Below are positions 48,513 through 58,500 of a DNA stretch of 64,000 bases, piece by piece (the first letter of the stretch is position 1; every line of letters starts with the position of its first letter). Origin of the DNA: an uncultured delta proteobacterium (GTDB lineage: Bacteria > Desulfobacterota > BSN033 > UBA1163); assembly GCA_963708295.1 (NCBI GenBank), contig CAVPSJ010000011.1, forward strand, positions 2,138 through 66,137, written 5' to 3'. The notes beneath the pieces were generated by a model. The model did no database searches. It saw nothing but the letters and a program-made list of their open reading frames with translations, and was not told the DNA's origin. Position numbers and translations under genes: made by a program.

Positions 48513-49553
48513 ATGATACAAAATTTTGTAGTATCTTTCATCATCGTTCTTCTTTTGCTCGCGGAGGTCATCCTGCCGATCATTTTGATATTAGCTCTCG
48601 GGTTCTTGACATGGCGTCTGATTCGAAAGAAATGGATAGATCGAACTTTTGCAAACCTTATCTATACGAAAAACCCTCTGGTGAAGGAGTTTTATAACAA
48701 AGTCGTCCCCTCCGTTGAAGAAAAGGGAAACAAACTTGTAAAACCAATCGCGTACGTCGCATTCATTCTATGTATTGCTCTTATTTTAAGGACCCTGTGG
48801 CTACACGTATTCCATGATAACGATACGTCTAACCAACTCCTCATGGATAGACTTCCATTACTGTTCCTGTATGTCGGACTAATTTTTCTGGGCTTTGGGA
48901 TTTCGGGCTCGGTCATTTCTTCCTTTTTTTTCATAAAGGAGGCGAAGAAAATCAATATATACAGCAGGAGCCTCGAAATTTATCTTCTGAGCAAATATCT
49001 TGAAAACATCCTCTGTATTACCCTCGGAATCGCCTTAATCATAGGGGTTGCCTATTTGTGGTTTTTTCTCCTCGAGAAGTTGTTACCGATCTTCCGTTAC
49101 TTCGAGAGCGAATCCTCGTCTTTTGTGGAGCTAAAGGTCAACTACGAAGAGATGCTGGAAGTATTGAAGAGTTTACTCATCAGCTTTAGAAACCAATTTC
49201 AAACCTGGTGCATCACCTCCTTCCTGATTTCTCTGGCAAGCTTTGCCGTACCCTACCTGTGGTTCAAGGGGAGACGATTTGCCATCGTATTCCTAACGCT
49301 CTTTTTGTCCGGAACAACCTTTTCCTACGGAGTCTCATTTTTGATCGAGAGGTTTCTTACTTCGGAGCTAACGTGGATATTCATTGCAGTGTGGACCTTT
49401 TCTGCACTCATTACCTATATGGTTTCCCACCTCGTCCATACGGTCTCATTAAACAAGATATGCATCTGTAAACACTGTCGGATGGAAAATGGCATCCAGT
49501 CAAGATACTGCTGTGGTTGCGGAAAGAAACTTATTCCGCTCCCGATGGGATAA
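48513..49553 (+). CDS. Hypothetical polytopic membrane protein with a C-terminal zinc-ribbon
   Basis: The ORF has about 8 hydrophobic helices. It ends ICICKHCRMENGIQSRYCCGCGKKL (CxxC-x10-CCxC). The coding DNA is visibly more AT-rich than the neighbouring genes. ATG 48513 is preceded by GGGAG. Confidence 0.5.
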   Translation: MIQNFVVSFIIVLLLLAEVILPIILILALGFLTWRLIRKKWIDRTFANLIYTKNPLVKEFYNKVVPSVEEKGNKLVKPIAYVAFILCIALILRTLWLHVFHDNDTSNQLLMDRLPLLFLYVGLIFLGFGISGSVISSFFFIKEAKKINIYSRSLEIYLLSKYLENILCITLGIALIIGVAYLWFFLLEKLLPIFRYFESESSSFVELKVNYEEMLEVLKSLLISFRNQFQTWCITSFLISLASFAVPYLWFKGRRFAIVFLTLFLSGTTFSYGVSFLIERFLTSELTWIFIAVWTFSALITYMVSHLVHTVSLNKICICKHCRMENGIQSRYCCGCGKKLIPLPMG

Positions 49554-49898
49554 CGAAAAAGTTACCCGTTGGCTTTAAAAGGTCTATCGGACTGGGTTTG
49601 CCTTTTGGCCCGAGCGATCCTCCCGAACCCGCCAATGATTCAAGATCGAGGGCTCAGCCTGCTTGCCGGTAGGCAGGGGTTGATACCCAAAGGGGTACCC
49701 CCTCTGTTTCAAAGGATCGATTTAGGTTCTGTCGCTTTATAAAAAAAACCGAAAAATATGGGGGTTCCGTTCGAAAGGGGTATCGGCGTAGACGGGATAA
49801 GATGAATTCCTCTTTTTTGGAGGGTGAGGAAGCACGGATTCAACGTGGCTCCCCAAACCCGTCCCCCATGAACAACTTTGATACAGGATGGTTCTCTT

Positions 49899-50135
49899 TT
49901 ATCCGGGCTTCTTCTCTCCGGAAGCCGAAGACTCCTCTTTGCTCATCCCCAATTTTGATTTGATCTCGCTGATAAAATAAATAAGAGCACCGGCGCCGAT
50001 CAACAGGAGAAGGATGGGAACAACCGCCATCAGCCCTTTGATGAACATGCTCCACCAGGCAATCAGTAAGGTCAGGCCAGCAAGGATGACCACAACTGCA
50101 ATGATGATCCCCAAAATATTCGACACGATCAGCAC
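49899..50135 (-). CDS. Hypothetical small two-TM membrane protein
   Basis: The 78-aa ORF has two long hydrophobic helices and a charged tail. The start is ambiguous (GTG at 50135 or 50126). Confidence 0.4.
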   Translation of the reverse strand: MLIVSNILGIIIAVVVILAGLTLLIAWWSMFIKGLMAVVPILLLLIGAGALIYFISEIKSKLGMSKEESSASGEKKPG

Positions 50136-50453
50136 CCCCTTTCAAGAGTCCCCATAGATTTGGAAATTATCAAAGGGCGAAAAAGAAGTCAAGAGCATTT
50201 TTTCCCTCACCCTGTTGCTCTTCCCCAAGAGGACAGGCAGGTAACGGCACACAAAATGCTTACCTCAATGAAAACGCTCCTTGATTCTTACTGTTAGGAG
50301 GGGTTGAATTAAGAATTAGATTGTTATGCCCTTGATTCACTAAGAATGATTCATTATGGACAGCGGAAACGTATTAAGGTAATATAAACTGAGCCTTTTC
50401 TTCAGTGTCAGGAAAGGGTACCATCTATCACAAACTTGGGAGGCGATTTTGAC

Positions 50454-51386
50454 ATGGCTGTGCGTCTGAAAGGGAAATCATTAGATAGCCTTTCTCATTT
50501 GAACAAAGAGGAGATTGAACAGATCTTGAAGACATCGGAATTACTAAAACTTCAACTCCTGCGTGGAGAGGAGCACCCTTTGCTGAAGGGGAAGACTCTG
50601 GGCATGATCTTCGAGAAGCCCTCCACCCGCACAAGGGTCTCGTTTGAAGTGGGAATGTGGCAACTCGGAGGATATGCACTTTATCTGAGCGCCAGTGACC
50701 TGCAGCTGGGACGTGGAGAGACTGTTGCAGATACCGCCCGGGTTCTCTCCCGTTATGTGGATGGAATCATGGCAAGAGTCTTTGCCCATCAGAGTATCCT
50801 TGATCTTGCGAAATACGCGAGGGTGCCGGTGATCAATGGGCTTTCAGACCTTACCCACCCTTGCCAGGGTCTGGCCGATCTTTTCACGATCTACGAGAAG
50901 AAGGGAAGGCTTTCGGGTTTGAGGCTCGCCTACGTCGGGGACGGGAATAACGTAACCCACTCGCTTCTGTACGGTTGTTCAAAGGTGGGAATGGATATCT
51001 CGGTCGCCTGCCCTAAAGGGTATGAGCCCAATCCAGAAGTGATTTTGAAGGCGAAAGAAGAAGGGAAGAAGAGTGGTTGTGAAGTGAGGGTGACGAAAGA
51101 TCCGAAAGAAGCAGTGAAGGGCGCCGATATCGTCTATACGGATGTTTGGGCGAGTATGGGCAAGGAAAAGGAACATGAGGAAAGGGTCCGAGTTTTTAAG
51201 CCCTATCAAGTGAATGGGAAATTGGTAAGGGAAGCCCGCGAGGATTATATTTTCATGCATTGTTTGCCGGCCCATCGGGGAGAGGAAGTGACTGACGAAG
51301 TAGCGGATTCGGAAAATAGCGTTATCTTTGACCAGGCAGAAAACAGACTCCACACCCAAAAAGCCCTTATGGCACTCCTCATGTAA
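50454..51386 (+). CDS. argF: Ornithine carbamoyltransferase
   Basis: The ORF contains [20 protein letters not shown] and [10 protein letters not shown]. The ATG at 50454 is preceded by GGGAGG. Confidence 0.9.
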   Translation: MAVRLKGKSLDSLSHLNKEEIEQILKTSELLKLQLLRGEEHPLLKGKTLGMIFEKPSTRTRVSFEVGMWQLGGYALYLSASDLQLGRGETVADTARVLSRYVDGIMARVFAHQSILDLAKYARVPVINGLSDLTHPCQGLADLFTIYEKKGRLSGLRLAYVGDGNNVTHSLLYGCSKVGMDISVACPKGYEPNPEVILKAKEEGKKSGCEVRVTKDPKEAVKGADIVYTDVWASMGKEKEHEERVRVFKPYQVNGKLVREAREDYIFMHCLPAHRGEEVTDEVADSENSVIFDQAENRLHTQKALMALLM

Positions 51387-51529
51387 ATGGTAAATGAAAG
51401 TTGATAGTTCGAAGTTTGGAGTTTGGAGTCAGAAAACAAGATAAAAATGAATGAAACTCAGCATTCATCATCTTCGGACCTGTATCGATAGATGATTTAC
51501 GGGCACGGGCTCTTTATAAGGAGGTCAAG

Positions 51530-52459
51530 ATGGGTAATCTTAAAGGGAAAGACATCCTTCATGGAAATCAGTTTTCAAAAAGGGATATTGACGGGGTGAT
51601 TAAGGTTGCATCCGATTTTGAGAAGCAGCTTAAGAAAAAGAATTCTTTAACTCTATTGAAGGGGAAGATTCTGGCTACTCTTTTCTTTGAACCGAGCACT
51701 CGGACCCGACTCTCTTTTGAGACAGCGATGCAGCGGTTGGGCGGGGGGGTGATCAGCATGGCTTCAGCAGAGGGTTCCTCGGCAGCAAAAGGGGAGACCG
51801 TTGGGGATACCGCGAGAACGGTCTCCCAATACGCAGATGTCATTGTGATCCGCCATCCCCGTATCGGGTCAGCCAAAGAAGCAGCCGACGCGGCTTCGGT
51901 TCCGGTCATCAACGCTGGAGACGGGGCAGGGCAGCACCCCACGCAAGCCCTTCTCGACACTTATACGATTCGCAAAGAATTGGGATCGCTTAAGAATTTA
52001 GCGGTCGCCATGGTCGGCGACCTGAAAAACGGAAGGACGGTCCATGCACTGGTTGAACTTTTGTCCCTCTATCAGGCACGGCTCCATTTTGTCTCGCCCG
52101 GGAACCTCAGAATGCCGGAAGAGATCACCTCCAATCTCAAACAAAAGGGCATCTGGATTGAAGAGACAGAAGACCTTGAAAAGGCAGCCTCTGAAAGCGC
52201 TCTGATTTATATGACAAGAATCCAAAAGGAGAGATTCACCGACCTGACAGAGTATGAAAGAGTCAAGAGCAGCTACGTGATTGATTCAGGGTTTCTCAAA
52301 AGGCTCAAGAAGAAGATCACGATTCTTCATCCGCTTCCAAGAGTGGATGAGATCGGCTTGGACGTGGACTCCTATCCCGGGGCCGCTTATTTCAGGCAGG
52401 TGAGAAATGGCATTTTTGTCAGAATGGCTCTGCTCGCCATGGTCATGGGGAAAAAATAG
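51530..52459 (+). CDS. pyrB: Aspartate carbamoyltransferase catalytic subunit
   Basis: The ORF contains FFEPSTRTRLSFE, HPTQALLD and HPLPRVDEI. Confidence 0.9.
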   Translation: MGNLKGKDILHGNQFSKRDIDGVIKVASDFEKQLKKKNSLTLLKGKILATLFFEPSTRTRLSFETAMQRLGGGVISMASAEGSSAAKGETVGDTARTVSQYADVIVIRHPRIGSAKEAADAASVPVINAGDGAGQHPTQALLDTYTIRKELGSLKNLAVAMVGDLKNGRTVHALVELLSLYQARLHFVSPGNLRMPEEITSNLKQKGIWIEETEDLEKAASESALIYMTRIQKERFTDLTEYERVKSSYVIDSGFLKRLKKKITILHPLPRVDEIGLDVDSYPGAAYFRQVRNGIFVRMALLAMVMGKK

Positions 52460-52700
52460 ATTTTCAAATATCAATGATCGGAGCTGCCTTGATTGTGCTG
52501 ACGAGGCATTAGAGGTAAGAGGAGAGATTCTTAGCTTTTCTTGCGGCTGGAAAGATCCTACGGACATGGGACGAAGGCGCTACGTTATTCTTGAGTTAAG
52601 TCCTTGAATTGAGAAAGAGTTTTTGACCTGATGTTTCAAACAGAAAACGAACCTTAATTCTTCTTGACTTTCATGAAGAAATTTAATAAAAGGGTGAGTC

Positions 52701-53387
52701 ATGATTCTGCGACTCGAAGAGATTGAGCGGATAGTTTGGGAAGAGGAGAAGCTCTTCCTGATGAAGCAGGTTGGGATCCTTCTGATTAAGAACAATGCCA
52801 TCAAATTCGGGGATTATATCTTGGCCTCTGGGAAGAAAAGCCCTTACTACATCGATCTCAGGCAAACGATCTCGAGTCCGATTACCATGGACTGGATTGC
52901 CAATTCATTGACCCGAATCATCCTGAATGAGATTGGGAAGGATAAAATCGACAAGATTTTAGGCGTGCCCACGGCAGGAGTGCCTTTTGCGACGGTGGTA
53001 AGTCAGAAATCAGGCATCCCCCTCATTTATTACCGGCAAGCCAGGAAAGAACATGGGGTCAGGAAGAAGATCGAAGGTATTCTGGAGCGGAACGACCGGG
53101 TCCTCGTTATCGACGATCTCATTACCACGGGGGAGAGTGTCATTGAGACCGCGGAGGTCGTGAGGGATCAAGGGGGGGTGGTCAACGAACTGGTGGTCCT
53201 TTTGGATCGAGAGCAAGGAGGGCAGCAGAAGCTTCGTTCATCCCGGATTGAACCTCACATCCTGTTTAAGATCTCAGATGCGATGGCGTGGCTTAACAGA
53301 GTAGGTCTCATCGAAGATAGGATCTACGAAGCCTTGAAAAAATACATCGAAGAGGAAAGCCAGCCCCCTCACGGTAGTACCGCGTGA
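52701..53387 (+). CDS. pyrE: Orotate phosphoribosyltransferase
   Basis: The ORF contains FGDYILASGKKSPYYIDLR and the PRTase motif VLVIDDLITTGES. A shorter start at 52761 is possible. Confidence 0.85.
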   Translation: MILRLEEIERIVWEEEKLFLMKQVGILLIKNNAIKFGDYILASGKKSPYYIDLRQTISSPITMDWIANSLTRIILNEIGKDKIDKILGVPTAGVPFATVVSQKSGIPLIYYRQARKEHGVRKKIEGILERNDRVLVIDDLITTGESVIETAEVVRDQGGVVNELVVLLDREQGGQQKLRSSRIEPHILFKISDAMAWLNRVGLIEDRIYEALKKYIEEESQPPHGSTA

Positions 53388-53547
53388 ACCCCTAAACGAC
53401 TTGCAGCGGTGCCTCCCCATCTGTTAGCATATTTGAGATTTCTCCGAGAAAAAGCCTTCACATTTCTTCAATTCCAATTTTTCTTGACAAAAAAAGGTTT
53501 TTATTTATATTTATTGGTCTGATCTAAGGTGGAAGAGCAGGAACGAA

Positions 53548-54084
53548 ATGTTTACTCTGAATCTGGACGAAATTCCCGAAGAGGGCCTGGAGCTGGAGTG
53601 GAAGGAAGAAAGAGCCTCGTTGTTAGTCTATTTAAAGGATCTTTCAAGAATCGACTTTGATTTTGAGACCCCCCTCCAGTCAGAGGCCAAGATTAAGAAG
53701 GCAGCTGGACTCGTTTTCATCTCGGGGAAGGTTCAAACTATTCTTCGATTGCAGTGCGTACGGTGTTTAAGGGAATTCTCCTACCCCCTTTCCACTGCGT
53801 TTGAACTGACCCTTCACCCCTCAAAAGAGGCTCCTTCTGAGGAAGAGACGGAGTTGGGGAGCGAAGAGATGGAGCGAAACTTCTTCGAAGGAGGAGAGAT
53901 TCATCTCTCCGAAATCGCATGCGAACAGGTTTTTTTGGAAATTCCATACCAACCTCTTTGTCAAGAGGGATGTAAAGGGCTCTGCACCGTCTGCGGAAAA
54001 GATCTCAACCTCTCCGCCTGTGATTGTGTCAAAGAGGAATTAGCATCGGGCTTTTCTGCCCTGAAGAAATTAAGGCTTGATTAA
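53548..54084 (+). CDS. yceD: YceD/DUF177 family protein (large-subunit rRNA accumulation)
   Basis: The 178-aa ORF lies upstream of rpmF. It has the Cys motif CKGLCTVCGKDLN..CDC. Confidence 0.8.
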   Translation: MFTLNLDEIPEEGLELEWKEERASLLVYLKDLSRIDFDFETPLQSEAKIKKAAGLVFISGKVQTILRLQCVRCLREFSYPLSTAFELTLHPSKEAPSEEETELGSEEMERNFFEGGEIHLSEIACEQVFLEIPYQPLCQEGCKGLCTVCGKDLNLSACDCVKEELASGFSALKKLRLD

Positions 54085-54185
54085 TGCTGTGAGAATCTGT
54101 TATGTGAAAAAGATAAGACAATTCGCTCGGGTTCTTAACTCAACCTCTGAGAGTCCTTTTAAAGGATGAGAAAGGATGCTTTCGA

Positions 54186-54371
54186 ATGGGAGTTCCAAAA
54201 CGGAGAACGTCGTCATCAAGAAGGGATCAACGCCGAGCCCATAAGAAATTAGACGCCCCTAATTTCTCTTTGTGTCCTCAATGCCATGAACCGCTTCTTC
54301 CTCACCACATTTGTCCTCATTGTGGAACTTACAAAGGGAAAGAGGTCATCAAGGTGGAAGAAGAGAAATAA
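54186..54371 (+). CDS. rpmF: 50S ribosomal protein L32
   Basis: The ORF contains [19 protein letters not shown] and CPQC..C.HCG. Confidence 0.9.
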   Translation: MGVPKRRTSSSRRDQRRAHKKLDAPNFSLCPQCHEPLLPHHICPHCGTYKGKEVIKVEEEK

Positions 54372-54528
54372 GGCTTGTATGAGGGGCCGGGCATTGGCCC
54401 AATTCTTTCTCTAAAATTTCAAGGACTCGACTTGATGAGAAGCTTTGGCCATGTCATCCCCGCCGCCGATATCGGGGCTTTCTAATGAGGTAAATCGGTG
54501 AAAACGGTGCCGGGGAAAGCGACGTAAG

Positions 54529-55584
54529 ATGAAGATCGCAGTCGATGCTATGGGAGGGGATTTTGCCCCTCACAAAATTGTCGAGGGAGCCTTCTGGGCC
54601 GCAAAACAACACGGAGTCAAGGTGGTTTTGGTCGGGGACGAGGATCAAGTCAGCAAGGAACTGTCCAAATACCCTACCTCAAAACTTCCTATCTTTATCC
54701 ACCATGCTCCGTTCGTGGTCGCCATGCATGACTCTCCTTCTGCGGTGATCCGAAGAATGAAAGATACCTCCATTAAGGTCGCCTTTGATTTGGCAAAAGA
54801 AGGTCAGGTAAGCGGTGTGGTTTCCGCCGGGAATTCGGGAGCGGCCATGGGTTTGGCGATGTACATCCTGAAAAAGCTGGAAGGCGTAGAACGACCCGCA
54901 ATCGCTACGATCCATCCCGCCACGAAAGGGTCCACGGTCCTCATCGACTCGGGTGGCAATGTGGATTGCAAACCGGCTCACCTGCTCCAGTTTGCAATGA
55001 TGGGGGATGCTTATGCAAAGTATATTCTGGGGAAGGAAACTCCTCGAATCGGTGTCCTGAGCAACGGAGAAGAAGAAGGGAAGGGGAATGACCTGACACG
55101 GGAGGTTCATGATATTTTGTCAGAGACCGATTTAAACTACATCGGCTACGTAGAGGGCCGGGACCTCAACAGCGGAGAGGTGGATGTGATCGTCTGCGAT
55201 GGTTTCGTGGGCAATGTGGCGCTAAAAATAAGCGAAGGTCTCTGGGAGACCATCCACGCCATTCTCAAGTGGGAGGCCCGGGATAACATCAGGGCGAAGG
55301 TGGCGTATTTCCTCATGGGACGGGCAATTCGGCGGCTTGAAAAGAGGATTGACTATTCGGAGGTTGGAGGAGCCCCTCTTTTGGGGATTAACGGCAACTG
55401 CGTCATCTGCCACGGTTCGTCGAACGGGAAGGCCATCATGAATGCCATTCTATTGGCCTCGAACCTGGCCAAGAATAAGCTCAATGACCATCTCATCGAA
55501 GAGTTAAAAGAGAAACAAGCCATGCTTCGGCTGGGACAGAAACACGCGGAGAAGACGAACGGAGCGGTGGAATCAATTCGTTGA
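54529..55584 (+). CDS. plsX: Phosphate acyltransferase PlsX
   Basis: The ORF begins MKIAVDAMGGDFAP and contains VCDGFVGNV and GINGNCVICHGSS. Confidence 0.95.
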   Translation: MKIAVDAMGGDFAPHKIVEGAFWAAKQHGVKVVLVGDEDQVSKELSKYPTSKLPIFIHHAPFVVAMHDSPSAVIRRMKDTSIKVAFDLAKEGQVSGVVSAGNSGAAMGLAMYILKKLEGVERPAIATIHPATKGSTVLIDSGGNVDCKPAHLLQFAMMGDAYAKYILGKETPRIGVLSNGEEEGKGNDLTREVHDILSETDLNYIGYVEGRDLNSGEVDVIVCDGFVGNVALKISEGLWETIHAILKWEARDNIRAKVAYFLMGRAIRRLEKRIDYSEVGGAPLLGINGNCVICHGSSNGKAIMNAILLASNLAKNKLNDHLIEELKEKQAMLRLGQKHAEKTNGAVESIR

Positions 55585-55594
55585 TTCCTGAAAA

Positions 55595-56788
55595 ATGAAC
55601 AGGGAGGAAAGTGGATTGGATTATTTTCTCACAGCAGAACAGAAGATGATTCAAAGCTTGGCGAGGAAAGTCGCGGAAGAGAAAATGCGGCCGGTCCGGG
55701 CGGAATTAGATGAGAAGGAAGAGTTTCCGTGGGACATTGTTAAAGTCAGCGCGGAAGCGGGTCTCATGGGTGTCTCCATGCCCGAGGAGTACGAGGGGTT
55801 CGGAGGAGGGATTTTAGAATATTGCCTCGTCGCGGAAGAATTGAGCCGCGTCTGTCTCGGGATTGCCACCAGTGTGGTTGCAAGCGGCCTGGGCGCAATG
55901 CCCATCCTGCTTTTTGGAAGCCCTGACCAAAAGAAGAAGTATCTTCCTCCGATTGCCAAAGGGAGAAAACTTGCCGCCTTTGGGCTGACAGAGGCGGATG
56001 CCGGGAGTGATGCGGGTGCCATACGAACAACGGCCACGCGAAAGGGAGAAGGGTACGTTTTAAACGGAACCAAGCAGTGGATCACCAACGGCGGGGAGGC
56101 GGAGATCTACTCCGTCATCGCCATGACCGATCGCTCAAAGGGTCCCAGAGGAGCGAGCGCCTTCATTGTGGAGAAGGGAGCTCCGGGCTTCGAATTCGGG
56201 AAGAAAGAGAAAAAGATGGGAATCCGGTCCTCAGCGACGCGGGAACTGGTCTTCCAGGATTGCTTTGTCCCGAAGGAAAACTTGATTGGAAAGGAAGGGA
56301 TGGGATTTATCGTTACCATGAGGACCTTTGATCGGACCCGACCCGGGGTGGGAGCCCAGGGGGTAGGAGTGGCCCAGGGGGCCCTCGATGAGGCCGTCCA
56401 GTACGCACGAGAACGAGAGCAGTTTGAAAAGAAAATCATCTCCTTCCAGGCGGTTCAGCACATCTTGGCCGATATGGCTACTCTCGTTGAGGCTGCCAGG
56501 GCATTGGTCTATTCGGTCGCCCGCTATGTTGACCAGTCAGAAAACCCTAAGGAAATTTCGAAGGTCTCGGGAATGGCAAAGGTCTTTGCAAGTGATGTCG
56601 CCATGAAGGTGACCACGGATGCAGTCCAGATCTTCGGAGGGTATGGATACATGAGAGATTATCCCGTCGAGAAGATGATGCGGGATGCGAAAATTCTCCA
56701 GATCTATGAAGGAACGAATCAGATCCAGCGAAATGTCATCGGTTTGGAATTGAACAAGGAATATGCGGGGAAGAAAGGGACCCGATGA
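55595..56788 (+). CDS. Acyl-CoA dehydrogenase family flavoprotein (short/medium-chain type)
   Basis: The 397-aa ORF contains GLTEADAGSDAG, WITNGG, and the catalytic-base region ILQIYEGTNQIQR. Its stop overlaps the fabD ATG (ATGA). Confidence 0.85.
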   Translation: MNREESGLDYFLTAEQKMIQSLARKVAEEKMRPVRAELDEKEEFPWDIVKVSAEAGLMGVSMPEEYEGFGGGILEYCLVAEELSRVCLGIATSVVASGLGAMPILLFGSPDQKKKYLPPIAKGRKLAAFGLTEADAGSDAGAIRTTATRKGEGYVLNGTKQWITNGGEAEIYSVIAMTDRSKGPRGASAFIVEKGAPGFEFGKKEKKMGIRSSATRELVFQDCFVPKENLIGKEGMGFIVTMRTFDRTRPGVGAQGVGVAQGALDEAVQYAREREQFEKKIISFQAVQHILADMATLVEAARALVYSVARYVDQSENPKEISKVSGMAKVFASDVAMKVTTDAVQIFGGYGYMRDYPVEKMMRDAKILQIYEGTNQIQRNVIGLELNKEYAGKKGTR

Positions 56789-57706
56789 AGCCAACCGCCT
56801 TTATTTTTCCGGGACAAGGCTCCCAGTATGTCGGAATGGGAAAAGAACTCTTCGAGAATTTTAGTTTGGCGAAGCAGATCTTTCAGGAGGCGGACGATAC
56901 GCTTCATTTTTCTATCTCTGCACTCTGTTTCAAAGGACCGGAAGACGCATTGAAGCTGACCGAGAATACCCAGCCTGCCATCCTGACGACGAGCATCGGA
57001 GCGCTTAGAGTGCTCGAGGCGGAAAGAGGGATGCTCCCTCAATTCGCTGCAGGACATAGCCTGGGAGAATACAGTGCTTTGGTCGCCTCCGGAGCGCTCA
57101 CTTTTTCCGAAGCAGTAAAGACCGTTCGTCTTCGGGGGAAGTTTATGCAAGAGGCTGTTCCCGTGGGAGACGGAGCCATGGCAGCTGTCCTGGGCATGGA
57201 GAGGGAGCAGATCGAGGAACTCTGTGAAGCGTGTTCGTCCGGCGAGGTTCTTGCCCCTGCCAATTTCAACTGTCCGGGCCAAATCGTCATCGCCGGGCAT
57301 TCGAAAGCGGTTGAGCGGGCGATGGAGAGGATAAAACAGGCAGGGAAGAAGGCGATCCTCCTCCCCGTCAGCGCTCCGTTCCATTCCCCCCTCATGAAAC
57401 CTGCGGGGGAGCGCTTGGAGAAGGCGCTGGAGCAGATTTCGGTCAGCGATCTGAAGGATCCCGGTGGTGACCAATGTGGAAGCAGAGGTCAATATCTCAA
57501 AGGGCAGGGTAAAAGAATTGCTGGTGGCCCAGGTATCGAGTCCTGTCCGTTGGGAGGAGTCGATGAGAAAGATGATCGAAAAAGGAGTCGAACAGGTAAT
57601 GGAGATAGGACCCGGGAAAGTTCTTTCGGGATTGATGAAACGAATCGACAACCGCATAGAAACCAGGAATTTGGAAGACCTTCAAACGTTGAAGAAAATC
57701 CCGTAA
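56785..57706 (+). CDS. fabD: Malonyl CoA-ACP transacylase; the reading frame needs a 1-nt correction near 57460
   Basis: The ORF contains FPGQGSQYVGMG and GHSLGEYSAL. After ..ISVSDLK the conserved continuation (I)PVVTNVEAEVNISKGRVKELLVAQVSSPVRWEESM is in ORF 57464..57706. Removing one G in AAGGATCCC restores K-I-P-V-V. Confidence 0.85.
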
Positions 57707-57728
57707 AGCTTAATTTTCCCTCCCCTCG

Positions 57729-58496
57729 ATGGGAGAGGACATCAGGGAGGATGCATTGAAACTGAAGGGGAAAGTGGCTTTGGTCACCGGGGGAGCCCAG
57801 GGAATTGGAAAATCAGTTGCCCTGCTTCTAGCTCGAAACGGCGCCGATATCGTTGTGTCGGATATCAATCTCGAAAAAGCTGAAGAAACGGCCAAGGAAA
57901 TTGGGTCGATCGGCCCCAGGGCCATGGCGTTCAAGGCGAATGTGGCCAATTCAAACGACGTGGAGCGAATGGTAGGAGCCATCTTAGAAAAATTTGGCAA
58001 GATTGACATCTTGGTCAATAATGCAGGGATCACCCGTGACAAGCTGATTCTCAGAATGACAGAAGAGGATTGGGATCTGGTCTTGAATGTCAACCTGAAA
58101 GGGACATTTAACTGCACCAAAGCGGTCGTCAGACACATGGCGAAGCAGAGAAGCGGGAAGATCGTCAGCATCGCCTCCGTGGTCGGAGAGATGGGGAATG
58201 CAGGGCAGGTGAACTATTCCGCATCCAAGGCCGGAGTGATCGGTTTGACCAAGACCATTGCAAGAGAGTTTGCTCAAAGAGGGATCAATGTGAATGCCAT
58301 CGCTCCTGGATACATCGAAACTCCGATGACCGAAGTCCTTCCCGAGAAAGTGAAGGAAGAACTGAAACGGCTCATTCCCATGGAGCGACTGGGGAAACCC
58401 GAGGATGTGGCCGAGGCGGTTCTCTTCCTCGTTTCCGAGGAGTCCAATTATATCACAGGCCATGTATTAAAAGTAAACGGCGGCATTTATATGTAA
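57729..58496 (+). CDS. fabG: 3-oxoacyl-ACP reductase
   Basis: The ORF contains GKVALVTGGAQGIG, NNAGI and YSASKAG. Confidence 0.9.
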   Translation: MGEDIREDALKLKGKVALVTGGAQGIGKSVALLLARNGADIVVSDINLEKAEETAKEIGSIGPRAMAFKANVANSNDVERMVGAILEKFGKIDILVNNAGITRDKLILRMTEEDWDLVLNVNLKGTFNCTKAVVRHMAKQRSGKIVSIASVVGEMGNAGQVNYSASKAGVIGLTKTIAREFAQRGINVNAIAPGYIETPMTEVLPEKVKEELKRLIPMERLGKPEDVAEAVLFLVSEESNYITGHVLKVNGGIYM

Positions 58497-58500
58497 GAGA

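Noticed and set aside
50290-50365. Possible ArgR operator (ARG boxes) upstream of argF: TTGAATTAAGAATTAGAT and the palindrome AATGATTCATT
   Set aside because: The matches to the TGAAT-N4-ATTCA consensus are only partial, and the clearest palindrome has the wrong half-site arrangement. This is too weak to call without a PWM scan.
56719-57657. A 312-aa ORF on the minus strand opposite fabD, and similar antisense ORFs at 58693..59280, 57984..58463 and 12184..12702
   Set aside because: Each one overlaps a strongly supported conserved gene on the other strand. None has family-like motifs. They are treated as shadow ORFs.
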